64,000 nt of DNA from contig NC_043007.1 of NCBI RefSeq assembly GCF_006345805.1, positions 40,362,001 to 40,426,000 of the forward strand. The letters run 5' to 3'. Below, in pieces: positions 1 to 12,989 of the stretch. A model generated the notes under the pieces. That model ran no database searches and was not told the origin of the DNA. It saw nothing but the letters and a program-made list of their open reading frames with translations. Numbering within the stretch: the first letter of the stretch is position 1; each line of letters opens with the position of its first letter. The position numbers and the translations under genes are program-made. This DNA is from Octopus sinensis (Eukaryota).

Positions 1-1179
1 TGTCTTATGGCGTGAAAGAAATCAATTTAAACTTGCTAAAATGCCAATCATGAGTCCAACACCCTAATTTGAGGAAGAGTTAACTGATATTTCTAGCAGA
101 TCAAGCAACCACACAGAGGTTCTTTTCTGTAAACCATTTCATTGTAAGAAATTTTGAAGCCCAAATTTTTTTCCAGTGTTTAATCAACTTTCATATCGAT
201 CTCACTGAGAAACATAAGCCCTCGAAAGGGATAGCTTCAAAGGCCTAGCATAATAACTTCCTTTGTACTGATAGAATACCAGTCACATAGTGAGGTTCAT
301 TGCTCTCTCTCTCTCTTGCTCTATCTGTCTGTCTTTCTCTCTCTCTCTCTCTTGCTCTGTCTGTCTGTCTGTCTGTCTTTCTCTCTCTCTAATGTATGTA
401 TTTATATTGTCGTCATCAGTCAGAAATACCTATGAGATGGATCATGGGGTACCACACACAACAGCCCTTTTCCCAGAAATGAAGAAGAGGTGTACAGGGA
501 TCTAGTAACCTCATCTCTTGTCTGACATTGCATCAATATGATGTACAGTATGAAACAATAATTAAGGAAAAAGATTAAAGATATACAAGGTAAACAAACT
601 CATTTTCTGTTCCCAGCAAATACAAACCAATTTGGAATGGTGGAAAAGAAGACATCAAAACCAGACTGGCAAGACATTTTCTTTGATACAATAGTTGCAA
701 TTTTGCAGTACTATATTTTCTCAATCACAGCTAAATGACAGCAAATTTTTACTTTTTTAACTTGCTCTGTACATCTGCAAGCCAAAACATTGTAAGTTAT
801 AGATTTCTAATAGATCAATCACAGGTTCAGAGTAGTTGCTTTATTCAAAGAAACTTTTCACAGAGCCATATTTATCAAGTGGTGGGTGAAAGCAATTATA
901 TGAAAAAGAGAAAAAAAAACCCAGCTCCACCCATGATATTAACAAGTTATAAAAACAAATAGTTGTGCTACAGCCTAACCCTAACCCACATTGGAAATAA
1001 CATGAATATAAAACTAATAATCACAATAATGAAGATGTATTTTTCAATACTGTTTAGACTAAGGGGCAGCCCTAATCAAGCAAGCCCAAGGTCAAAGGTG
1101 TTACGGTTATGTCCATTCTTCTCTTTATGAGAAACTGCATCTAAATCTATATTATCCTTCCCTTTATAAGTTGGTGTGA

Positions 1180-1510
1180 AGGGCATGGCCCAGTGGTTAG
1201 AGCATCGGGCTCACAATCATGAGGTAGTGAGCTCAATTCCCAGACTGGGCTCTGTGTTGTGTTCTTGAACAAGACACTCTATTTCCTGTTGCTCCAGTTC
1301 ACCCAGCCGCAGAAATGGGTTGTGATGTCACTGGTGGCAAGCTGTATCAGCCTTTGCCTTTCCCTTGGATAACATTATTGGCATGGAGAGAGGAGTCTGG
1401 TATGCATGGGCAACTGCTGGTCTTCCATAAACAATCTTTCCCAAACCTATGCCTCACAGGGTTACTTTCTAGGTGCAATCCTATGGTCATTCATGAGTGA
1501 AGGGGGTCAC
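1180..1510 (+). mobile_element. tRNA-derived CORE-like SINE family C
   Basis: A/B-box head, then cttga(a/g)caagacact.tattc...ccagttcac.cagc.g.agaaatgg, resembling the MIR CORE domain. Other copies at 2025-2350 (-), 5890-6030 (+), 6340-6590 (+), 12500-12715 (+) and 43010-43320 (+). Confidence 0.82.
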
Positions 1511-4027
1511 TATAATATGAATTAAGAGAAACTTGACTTTTATTCCTGCAAGGGAAAGTAAATGGGCATAAAGGGTCATGTGGCTGTGACACTGTCAACA
1601 TCAGTGGTTACAACACTGGTGTAGACATAGAACAAGGCAATAAATTGGTAGAATCATTATCACATCAGACAAAATGCTTAGCAGCATTTCATCTGTCTTT
1701 ATGTTCTGAGTTCAAATTCCGCCAAAGTCAACTTTTGCTTTTCATCCTTTGGAGTCGATAAAATAAGTATCAGTTAAACACTGGGGTCCATATACTTGAC
1801 CTCCCCTTCTCCCCCGAAAGTACTGGCCTTGTGCCAAAATTTGAAACCAATATAGGTGTAGATGCTGTTGTTTAACCCTGATGTCAGCTCTCATTGAACA
1901 TATCTATCATCTTCTTGACACTCTGTCAGTTACGATGAAGATTGTTCCAGTTGATTCCAACAGAACAGCCTGCTCGTGAAATTAACATGTAAGTGGCTGA
2001 GCACTCCACAAACACACATACCCTTAGGGAGACCCCCTTCGGTCATGAATGACCATGGGATTGCACCTAGAAAGTTACCCTCCGAGGTACAAGTCCAGGC
2101 AAGGTTGTTTATGGAAGGCCAGCAGTTGCCCATGCATACCAGCCTCCTCTCTCCACACCATTGATGTTATCCAAGGGAAAGGCAAAGGCTGATACAGCTT
2201 GGCACCAGTGATGTCGCAACTCATTTCTACAGCTGAGTTAACTGGAGCAACATGAAATAAAGAACACAACACGCAGTTCGGTCCGGGAATCGAACTCACA
2301 ACCTCACAATCGTAAGCTTGACACTCTAACCACTGAGCCATGCGCCTTCACACACATACCCTTGATGTAGTTCTTGGGAAGATTCAGGATGACACAGAAT
2401 ATGACAAGGCTGGCTCTTTGAATTACCAGCACAAGTCATTTTTGTCAGCTGGGTGGACTGGAGCAACGTAAAGATAAAATGTCTTGTTCAAGGACAAAAC
2501 GTGCTGCTAGATATTGAACTCATGATCTTACCAGGCATTTTATTTATTTACTCATTTATTTATCTATTTGTCAAATATAGTATATTTAAACCTTTGCCTG
2601 TCCTATGTATAATATGTGATTCACAGGACGTATTTCCCTGATGTCTATGTATAACACATAATACACATTCCCAATTTTTTTTTCCAACAACCAAAGTAAT
2701 TTGAGACTTATGAAAGGAAAGGTTTATATTACTCAGAACATATGACACGAGGGCTAAGGGAGTAGAAAGATAACTAAATTTAGCATTTATACAATATCAT
2801 CATCATCTTCATTTCAATATTTTGTGCCTGTTTTTCAAATACTGAAAAGAGATCGACAGGACTCGCAACATCACACTACTTATTACAGTCTAAAAAATTG
2901 GACTGGCAAGACATTTTCTCTGATAGTATAGTTGTGATTTTGCAATACAAATACCCTGTTTTCTCAACCAAAGCTAAATCACAGCAAACTTTTACTTTTT
3001 TAATTCATTGTATGCATTTGTGAGTCATAGCGTTGTTAGCTATTGATTTCTACACACACAGCAACAGAGAGAAAAAAAGTCAATTTTGTGGTGTGTATCA
3101 TGTTTTTTGCTGCAGTTTCTTCCTGTCAACAAACACTTCATGACAAGACCTGAGTGCATTTTATCATGCGACTAGAGAGGATGCATACAGCAGGACTAAA
3201 GAGTCCTCTCCATTCTGTATTATGTGTATTTGTTTAGTGTTACTGTTCTCCCAGACTGGTTGCAAGCACAGTCCTCATTCATTACTTCTTAACTCGACAG
3301 TTTTTAGAGCAAGATACCCTAGGTGAGATTGACCGAAATGATAATGAACTACTGCATACTTTCAAACATAGATGCATCTGAATAGTACTGTCAGAGAACA
3401 GGTTGGATATGCATGGCTGTTTTATCATCATCATCATTTGAGATCCATGTCCCCTGTTGGACAGTTTCTGACATTGAGTAAAAGAAAATACAGGAGGATC
3501 AATTATGATTTTATCCAATATATTCCCCTCTCAGATTCACACACTTATTGCAATAGTCCTTCAGTTTTCCTAAGCCCTGTAAAAGAACTCAGAAGGTTGG
3601 GCATCCAACAAGGTCTTTCATGATACCCTTAAAACAAGGAATTTTACAGAATTCCCCCACCTCGTATATCATCATCATCAATCAGATTTAGCTATGAAAA
3701 GGGTCATGGAGAACTACACACAACAGCCCTTTTTCCAGAAATGAAGAAGAGGGCTACATGGAGGTAGTAAACCCATCTCTTAGTAAAAAGGACTGCTATG
3801 CTACTGGAACTGTAGCATAGCAGTTTATGGCTAGATGCCCTTCTTAATGCCAGCTGCATTACAGCATGTACTGGGTGCTTTTTTTCTTTTGTGCTACCAG
3901 CACTTTATAGTACATAATTATAAACTATTAAAACTAAAACATAACCAAGGTGAATAAAATTAAATACAACTGGAAGAAAAATGTTAGTAGGAAAAGACAA
4001 GAAAACCTCGATGTTGCACCAACTTAC

Positions 4028-4160
4028 CAGAATTCCTATTTGAAGAATTTGAATAAAATGAAGATTCTAATGGAGGCGATTTTTGGTCTTTAGATACAAC
4101 AGAGTTGATATGGGCCTCTTGGAGTTCATGGTTCTGTTGCTTCAGCAGCTGGTTTTCCTT
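4028..4160 (-). CDS. TRIP11: TRIP11 coding exon 4
   Basis: Acceptor gattttcag|, 133 nt, KENQLLKQQNHELQEAHINSVVSKDQKSPPLESSFYSNSSNRNS, donor G|GTAAGT. Phase 0 in; start resembles human VEISHLKARQIALQD. No further exon recognised in 1-4027. Confidence 0.78.
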
Positions 4161-4561
4161 CTGAAAATCAAATTGGAAAAAATACAGATTTCTTACTTTA
4201 TCACAACCCTGCACATATATAGGGGAGGAGATGTACGGGTTTTAGAATTAACTTTGCAGCATGACTGAGATAACTTATTTTGGGTACATCATTATCATTA
4301 TCATTGTCATTTTAACATCCATTTTTCCATGTTTGCATGGGTGGGACGGAGTTTATTGTGGCATATTTTCTATGACTAGATGCCCCTGCTGTCACCGACC
4401 CCCACCTGTTTCCAAGTAAAACAATATTTCCCTCTTTGCATGGTATGACAGTGACACTCATAATTATCACGTGGTGTCAAGACAAAGAGACACAAATACA
4501 GATACACAAACCGAAATATTTATATACATCTATACGTACACACACACACATATGCAGATAT

Positions 4562-4750
4562 ATACAAGGTTTGCTCAATAAATATCCGGACTGTTGCCAT
4601 AGTAAAAAAGCTAAAGCATGCACAGTGAAGCCACTGGGCAAAGATTGACCTTGAAATCTGCTGTGCATGTGCACGACGTTTTAATGTTCTAGCTCACTTC
4701 CACTGTTTAAAGTAGTGTTTGGAAGTAAGGTGTGTAACGTGATCGTCGCA
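4562..4750 (+). mobile_element. Possible Tc1/mariner left end
   Basis: TA-CAAGGTTTGCTCAATAAATATCCGGAC resembles a mariner TIR; no partner end or ORF found. Confidence 0.35.
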
Positions 4751-4791
4751 TATTTATAATCAAATTTGTCTATTTTATCAATCTTTATGAA

Positions 4792-5185
4792 GTGCAGGAG
4801 TGGCTGAGTGGCAAGAAGCTTGCTTCCTAACCACATGGTTCCAGGTTCGGTCCTACTGCATGGCACCTTGGGCAAGTGTCTTCTACTATAACCCTGGGCA
4901 GACCAAAGCCTTGTGAGTGGATTTGGCAGAAAGAAACTGAAAGAAGCCTGTTGAACATATATATGTATATATCTACATTTGTGTATCTTTGTCTGTGTTT
5001 GTCACCCCATCACTGCTTGACAACCGATGTTGGTGTGTTTATTTCCCTAGTAACTTAACAGTGACCAATAGCATAAATACCAGACTTAAAAATAAAAGTT
5101 CTGGTGTTGATTCATTTGACTAAAAATTCAAGGCGGTGCCCCAGCATGGCCGTAGTCTAATGACTGAAAGAAGTAAAAGATAAAA
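4792..5185 (+). mobile_element. tRNA-derived SINE family A
   Basis: Head caggagtggctg..., B-box-like gttcggtcc, central microsatellite, tail ...gactgaaa(c)aagtaaaaga. Same family as the copies listed next. Confidence 0.85.
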
Positions 5186-7769
5186 AAATATATATTTTAT
5201 TTACTATCAAAATGTCTCATCATACATTTAAGACATGGTGAGTGATAGCGATACTTCACCTTAAAATAGCATTCTCATGTAACAGATATCAGGTCATCAA
5301 TGTACAGAATAAGCGTATAATTGCAATGTAAGCAAATCTTATAAATATATAAGGACATCAAGGAATATAACAAAAATATCAATAATTAGCACAGAAAAGT
5401 CAAATATTTTAACTGAAGCAAAACTAATAACAATGAAGTAAACAAAATCAATATCAGTAAACGTTTTTTTTTTATTTTTTCATTTTTCTTTTTACTTCCG
5501 TTTTTCTATGCCTGCATGAGTTGGATCGAATTTCATTGAGGTGGGTTTTTTACAATCAGATTCCTTATTGTTGTCAATCCTCAACTGTTTCTGAGTAAGA
5601 TAATATTTTCTCATGACCAGACATGTTTTCATGGAAGATTGGGAAGGACACTGTTTGCATGACAGAGATATTCATTTACAGCTATCAGGTGATGTCAAAG
5701 CAACCACACACATGTACGACAAGCTTGTTTCAGACGGATTTGGTCAACCTGGAGCTACAGCAGAAGATACTTACCCAAGGAACCTAAGTGCTGTACAGCA
5801 GGAGTGAACCCAGAACCATATGTTTAAGAAGCAAAGTTCTTACCACACAGCCACATATTATATTAAATGACTAATAATAATAATACCTGAGAAGGCACGT
5901 GGCTTAGTGGTTACAATACTCGGCTCGTAATTGTAAGTTCATGAGTTCATTACTCAGCAGCACGTGTCCTTGAGCAAGTTACTTTATTTCACATTGCTCC
6001 AGTCCACTCAGCTGGCAAAAATGAGTCAGCCTGGAGCTATAGAAGAAAATACTTGCCCAAGGATCCTCAGTGCCACACAGTGGGATTAAACCCAGAACCA
6101 AGTGGTTAGGAAATAAACTTCTTATTTCTTTATTGCCCACAAGGGGCTTAACATAGAGGGGACAGACAAAGGGATTATGTTGATCACATCGACCCCAGTG
6201 CGTAACTGGTACTTAATTTATTGACCCCGAAAGGATGAAAGGCAAAGTCGACCTCGGCAGAATTTGAACTCAGAACACAGCTACATATGCACCTTACTAT
6301 ATTTAAATGACTAGTAATTATGATACCTGTGAAGAAACATAACTCAATGGATAGAGTATTCAGCTCTCAATCACAAGGTCATGAGTGCGATACTCAGCAA
6401 CACATTGTGTCCTTGATCAAGACACTTTATTTCATGTTGCTGCAGTTCACTCAGCTGGCAAAAATGAATAGTATTTCAAAGAGCCAGCCTGGTCCCAATG
6501 TGTCACACTGAATTTCCCTGAGAACATTAAGGGTACATCTATCTGTGGAGTGCTCAGGTATTTGCACATTAATATCACTTGCAGCCTGTTCCAATGATTG
6601 GATCAACTGGAATACACATTGTTGAAACTGAGAAAGTACCAGTTCTAATAATGATGCCACAATACTGTGGTTTTAGTTTTGACAGCTTGGACACAAGAGT
6701 TTCCAGTATAATAAACACAAATATGACAGTGCGTCACGTATGCAATATCGTGAATCGAAGAACTTGATCAACTGGGATTATCTATGTGATAAGTGGATTA
6801 AAAAAAAAACAGCAACCAAGGGAGATAACTACAATAATCTTAGATGATAGAAATTATGACTTGACTTTTATCAAATTTTTGGTGCTTATACAAAATAATG
6901 AAATGAATACTAATTTTCAAAAGAAAAATATGCATTGTTCTGTGATTTAGCTCCTCTCCTGCTCCTCTGTTTGCAATTCATTTTTTTTGCTATGTGTGTG
7001 TGTGTGTGTGTATAGCAGTCCTTTACTCATTGCCTGCAACCAAGCCTAGTATATGCACTCATCCTGCAGTTCTTATGTTAACTTCCTCAATATTTCTTTC
7101 TTTCTCTCTCTCTCCAGCCCCTCTCTATACAATATAAAGCAACATTTTGTCCTTCATCATGATGGTCATCAGTTAACATCCGTTTTTCCATGCTGGCACG
7201 GGTTGGTCAGTGTGGCAGGATCTGACAAGCTGTAGGACTGTGCCAAGCTCCAGTGTCATCTTTGGCATGTTTTCAACAGTTGGATACTCCTACTAATGCC
7301 AACCAGCTTACAATGCGTAGTGGGTGTTTTTTTTCCTGTGCCACAGGCACTAGTGAGGTCACTGAGTAAGTTACAACGGCTATTAATAAGTAGGAATGCC
7401 TCATAAAGGTTACTAATTTCTATCATTAGCACAAGATCAGAAATTCAGCAACTGTCAATTACATCAATGTCAGTACATGACTGATGTTTTATGACATAAC
7501 TGATTTCAGTAGGATTTGAACACAGACCGTTCAGATCATCGTTAGCATCAATATCCTCACCATTTAACATCCCATTTTTCAAACTGGCATATGTTAGACA
7601 GTTTAACTAGGAGCTTGTGAGCTAGAGGACTGTGCCTGCTGCAGCCTAGTTTCCATGGCTGTTTAATCTTCTTAATGCCAACCAATTTACAGAGTCACTG
7701 GGCACTTTTTATGTGACAATAGCGTCAGATTGTAATTATACTGCAAGGCATTTTCCCCATTTTCATCAG

Positions 7770-8870
7770 AGTTGAGAGTTGGTCAATAAATGCTGAGAAT
7801 TGTCAGAAAACATTTGTTTGAAAGTGGAATTTTGATTGTCATCAGGCACTCGCTGCTACAGGAGGGTACTCCAGGAGTTTTCTGCAATAGGCTGTTCTTG
7901 ATTGCGAAACCAACTCCACGCAAATGGGGCATTCCGGAGGGATGTCCTTTCCAGAAGAAGGTGTATTCACCAGCTTCTTCAGTGAGGGAAACCTCATTGG
8001 AGAAACGAGTCTCACTGAGTGCAATAATGTCGACATTGTAGCACTTGAGTTCAGTGGCTGCAACAGCAGTGCATCGTGAAGGTCATCGAGTGTCCAGCTC
8101 ATCATGTGAAACATCATCAAGGAGAGTGCGAACATTCCAACACACAAGGATGAGGTTTGAAGGTTTCTTTTTCTTTTTCAATTTTGATGCTTGGTTTTGA
8201 CCACATGTTTGGGGATGACTCACTGGGAGCGGTTACCCAGTCGAGCAAGTGAGGACAAGCTTTTTCTGAGCCACATTTTCTCGGCCCTTCCCCATGTGGG
8301 GCAGGCAGTGTTATCCCTGAAAAGGGTTGCCTGGACACACAAGCAGGACCGAGGTGAATGTTCATCCATGGGTTCATCCAACAACGACTATCTTACTCAT
8401 GCCGCCTATGTGCAATACTCCAACTAGAGGTTTCCAACTACATCCTAGTCTGCCCCCATCGTCAGATGGTCCCATTGCCGCAGGACTTGCAGAAAGGATG
8501 AAGGAGAATGAAGGATGAAAGGTGAAGCTTATGCTTTGAAAAGTTTAAGGTGCCAGAGAGGATGCACAGTTCTCAGCTGCACGCACTTGACAGAAGGTGA
8601 GGGGGGTTCAATAGCAAGAGGAGTCTCGTGACGATTGACCTTTGTCTTCTGCTGCAGCAAGCTGCCAGAGTTGGTGGATAAGATCCTATGCGCCGTCTGG
8701 TCCTGTTCGCAGGTTTCCTGCAGCAAGCTGCCGGAACTCCGGTTTATCGTAGTACGCCTTTATAGCCAGCTTGCATGGCATCGCCCTCATCCACCTACAC
8801 TAGGAACAAATCCACCATTGGGGACTCGCAATACCAGAGCCCTGTTAGCCATGTTTTCAGGATTCGGGCT
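7770..8870 (-). mobile_element. RTE-clade LINE 5' fragment (APE endonuclease relic)
   Basis: Minus translation WNVRTLLDD...ELKCYNVDIIALSETRF...YTFFWKG...GVGFAIKN...LMTIKIPL...SIY*PTL, with stops; typical of the RTE APE N-terminus. Upstream about 700 bp is likely 5'UTR. Confidence 0.85.
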
Positions 8871-9049
8871 CTAAGTATATATATATATATATAAAAGTAA
8901 AAATACACACATATATATACATGCAAAAAAATACAAATGAAAAATAAAATAAAAAAATAAAGAATAAAAAAAGGTGCAATGTGTGAATACGAATTACATA
9001 TAAATAATATTGTATAAAAATAAGTAAAAGGTATGCAATTAAAAGACAT

Positions 9050-9143
<94 letters not shown>

Positions 9144-10334
9144 AAGAGTAAAAATATACATATACACATTTTTAAAAAAAATGGTATATACATATTTACA
9201 GGCATTTTGTTGGATGGCCGTTGACTATTCAGGAGTTCTTCTGCCCTTTGACAGATCTTATTTTTCATCCCGCAGAGTGTCCAACAACACCCTCCTCACC
9301 AAGTAAGTTTAGTTGCCAACGACCTGACCATGCGACAGGTTGTACTGGATTATATGTTACCAGTAGCACTCAAGAGCAACCGGACACATGCAGCTGTGGT
9401 AGGTTAGGCAAAGGCAAAACATACTGCTCCCTCAAAATAAAGGTAGACAAACACTGCAAAGCTTTGATACGAAGAGATATTGATAACATTATTTACATTT
9501 GATGGATATTTGTCCTCATCTTGTTTGTTGTTAACACGTTTCAGCTGATATACCCTCTTGGGGAAATTTCGAACCTGGGTCCTCATTCCTGAGGTATTTT
9601 TCAATATTATTATTATTATTATTATTATTATTGTTGTTGTAGTTGTTGTTGTTATTCAGGTCACTGCCTGGAATCGAACTCAGAATCTTGGGGTTAGTAG
9701 CCCGTGGTCTTAACCACTATGCCATATGCCTGTGGGCAATTATGGAGTGAATTTTAGGGCTTATAAATCTAATATTTTCCGATCCTTCCTTTTAGTTTTC
9801 ATATTTTCTAGTAGTGTTCTTTGTCTATTATTTTAACTTCATCCTACAGGGGGAGGTGGTCTCCATTTGTCCATACAAGATCAGCTATACCCGATTTATC
9901 AAAATCTCCTTGTATCACAGCTTTGCAATGTTCCTCTACTCTTATTTTGAGGGGGCAGCATGTTTCGCCTTTATATAACCTACCACATAGGGTAGACAGA
10001 CTGTAGACAGTTTATTGGTTTCATCCTCACTTTTCTTCATAATTGGAGTAGATAGTGTGTTTTTTGGGGTAGTTGTTGCTTAATAAATTGTTACTGAGCT
10101 TGATAATTTCTTTGAGGTGGGTATCACGATCGCTACTTATATTCTTTGCTCTATGTTTTAAGCTTGCAGTATATGGATGTCCTGAATCCATACTTGGTGC
10201 ATGTTATTAATATGTCCAGGAATGCTAGCTGATTGTCTTTTTCATTTTCCATTGTGAACAACAACAACAACAGCAGCAGCAACAACATCGAAAAATACCT
10301 TAGGAATGAGAACCTAGGTTCGAAATTTCCCCAA

Positions 10335-10380
10335 GACACCTGATGAAGGCTGGAGGGTATATCAGCTGAAACGTTGTGTT
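10335..10380 (+). ncRNA. Minimal type-I hammerhead ribozyme fold in PLE terminal repeat
   Basis: Stem I GACAC/GUGUU; core CUGAUGA plus extra A; stem II GGCUG/CAGCU; GAAA; palindromic ACGU stem III; GUU triplet. Confidence 0.7.
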
Positions 10381-11011
10381 AACAACAAACAAGATGAGGA
10401 CGAATATCCATCAAATGTAAATAATGAACATAATTCCTCATCTCTTAAATATAGAACTATAAGTACCAGGCTTAAAAAAAAAATTAGTACTGGGGTTGAT
10501 TCATTCAAGTAAAATTCTTCAAGGCAATATTCCAGTATGGGTGCCAGGAAATGATAGAAACAAGTAAAAGGTAAAAAAAAACAAACAAACAACAACAACA
10601 TCGAAAAATACCTTAGGAATGAGAACCCAGGTTCGAAATTTCCCCAAGACACCTGATGAAGGCTGGAGGGTATATCAACCGAAACAAACAAGATGAGGAC
10701 AAATATCCGTCAAATGTAAATCATGTATATAAGTCCTCATCTCTTAAAAATAGAACTGAGATACTGATAAATTGGGTATAGCTGATCATGCATGGAAAAA
10801 TGGAGACCATCTCCCTGTGTGGGATGAAGTTAATAGATAGAGAACACCACTGGAAAATATGAAAACTAAAAGAAGCAGCACAAATGCTAGAACACAACAA
10901 CCTCCTAAGCAGAATGAGTGCAAATACGAACAACAAATGGGAACCAGTATTAAGGAAGGATGAGAAAATATTAGACTTATAAGCCCTAAAATTCACTCCA
11001 TAATTGCCCAT

Positions 11012-11084
11012 GGGCATATGCCGTAGTGGTTAAGAGCACTGGCTACTAACCTCAAGATTCCGAGTTTGATTCCAGGCAGGGACC
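11012..11084 (+). other. tRNA-derived Pol III-type head inside PLE (second copy 9660-9733 on minus)
   Basis: The minus copy has box A TGGCATAGTGG and box B GTTCGATTCC at tRNA-like spacing. Acceptor and T stems do not pair, so it is not a tRNA gene. Confidence 0.65.
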
Positions 11085-11361
11085 TGAATAATAACAACAA
11101 TAATAATTATAACATTGAAAAATACTTTAGAAATGAGAACCCAGGTTCAAAATTTCCCAAAGACACCTGATGAAGGCTGGCGAGTATATCAGCTGAAACG
11201 ATGTGTTAACAACAAACAAGATGAGGACAAATATTCATCAAATGTAAATAATGTAAATAATGTCCATTGTTTTCAAAAGTTAGCTTTACAGATCAGATTC
11301 ACTACAATCTATTTATATTGGCTTTAAACCCAATGATTTGTATGAATATGAATGTATTTAC

Positions 11362-11472
11362 CTCTTTGAATTCGAGAACACCCCGATATTCTCTGGAGAT
11401 AGAATTTATTTGAAGTTCTGAACATTCAGCTTTATCTTCCAGATCCTTATTTAGTTTCTTCAACCAGTCATT
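11362..11472 (-). CDS. TRIP11: TRIP11 coding exon 3
   Basis: Acceptor ttttcag|, 111 nt, NDWLKKLNKDLEDKAECSELQINSISREYRGVLEFKE, donor GAG|GTAAAT. Aligns to human [37 protein letters not shown] (37 aa each). Confidence 0.92.
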
Positions 11473-11755
11473 CTGAAAAAAAAAAGAAAACAAAAACAAA
11501 TGATTGTCATAGAAAAAACATTTGGAGTACTGTTCTTATTTATCCACCGTCATCACAACCACCACTTTTGATGCATTGAAGCTATGAGCAAAGATGTTCC
11601 AGCCATGACTAGTCCATCAGCAACTGATTTCAGGGAGATTTGGTAGCTACTTCTAGCAGATTGAGAAACAACATAAAGGCTCCCTAAGCCTAAATTTTAT
11701 TAGTCTGGGAGTGATGGCAATACCTATGTAGGTTATTTTGTCTATTTTATGCCCT

Positions 11756-12096
11756 TGTAGTGACGTCATATTCCGGTGTGCGCACACGCAACGTCATTCT
11801 TCAGTGTGCGGAACGTCCTTCTTCAGTGTGCGTGTGCGGGGTTGGAACCTTCTGGAAAGGCATAAGGAAGTTCCCTCATGCACATGTGCTAGAGACTGGG
11901 GAAGAAATTCTATCGCGTTCATTAATAGCGTCGTTGACTTGAGACACGGCGATAGAAGAGAAAGGACGTATTTTTAAACGTGTGATCAGCCTATTCTCCT
12001 GTCCCAGACGCTTAGGAAATGACCTGCTCTGTTGTTGCTGAATTGTTGTAAGATTCTTACAGACGTTAAAATTCAGCCTTGCTGTGTTGAACTACA
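11756..12096 (+). mobile_element. Possible LTR-like element
   Basis: TGTAGT...ACTACA terminal inversion followed by TGG; locally CpG-rich; TGACGTCA at 11761. No TSD, convincing PBS or coding region seen. Confidence 0.3.
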
Positions 12097-12989
12097 TGGA
12101 TACCAATATACCAACGTGCTTCATTTGTGAATAAGAGAATAAAGAATCATATATATTTTTAAAGTTGCGTTTTGTTCCTGACTGGTAGTTTCTAGAAACA
12201 AAAAGAAAGGAAATTGTGTTGCACCCAAGTTGCACCCAAAAAGTGTAAAGAAGCAACCAGTTCCCTTTACACCCTCCTAGACTGGAGTGAGAGAAAGGAT
12301 AGTGACAAAAACTGCTTTAGTGAAGTTTAATTCAGTTGATGTTTTCGTTGGAACTCCAGTAAGAAGCTATTCAGAAGCTATGCAAGGCAGATCGAGTTTG
12401 GTGACCCTCTGAAGAGAAAGAATTAGAGTGGGACAGAAAGAACAAGAGGTGAATGTATTGAGCGGGTTAAAAAAAGGAAGATATTGTGGAACAGACTGGA
12501 ATAGACACATTGTGTCCTTGAGCAAGACACTTTATTTCACATTGCTCCAGTCCACTCAGCTGGCAAAATGAGTTGTATCTGTATTTCAAAGAGCCAGCCT
12601 TGTCACACTCTGTGTCACACTGAACCTTACTGAGAACTACATTAGGGGTACACGAGGAAGCTGTTCCGTTGATTGTATCAGCTGGGACCCTCATCGTCGT
12701 AACCGACGGAGTGTTCCTACAGAGGTATTGTTGAGCATCATAGAAGTAATAATGATAGTTCTGATGTTAATGGTGACCACATTAACAACTCCAAAACATA
12801 AACATACATACACTAATCATCCATCTGTTTCCTCTTCAGCAAGACTATCACATTAATCAGTGATTGTTTTCATTTTTTTTTTTGTTCATTTAAAATCTTT
12901 ATTGTCTCAGTTCACATTCGATATGAGAAGCACTAGTTATACTATACTTCACTAACAAAGTCAAATAAAATTAAAACATGTCAAAAGTT

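Larger units (their letters stand above)
9300..11265. mobile_element. Penelope-like element cluster (RT thumb and GIY-YIG relics, tandem and inverted pseudo-LTRs)
   Basis: Minus 9735-10255 reads FTMENEKDNQLAFLDILIT...VCLPYVVG...ETCCPLKIRVEEHCK...GIAD. Plus 9300-9490 reads TCSCGR..KTYCSLKIKVDKH. Plus 10760-11010 reads IADHAWKNGDHLPVWDEV..EHHWKI*KLKEA. Four copies of a ~150-bp terminal unit: 9488-9605 (-), 10286-10460 (+), 10600-10760 (+), 11116-11265 (+). Confidence 0.88.

Noticed and set aside
3300-3390. Candidate TRIP11 exon 5
   Set aside because: Both nearby acceptors hit stops in the required phase 1.
9660-9733. tRNA gene call for A/B-box sequences (also all SINE heads)
   Set aside because: Acceptor and T stems do not pair; embedded in repeats.
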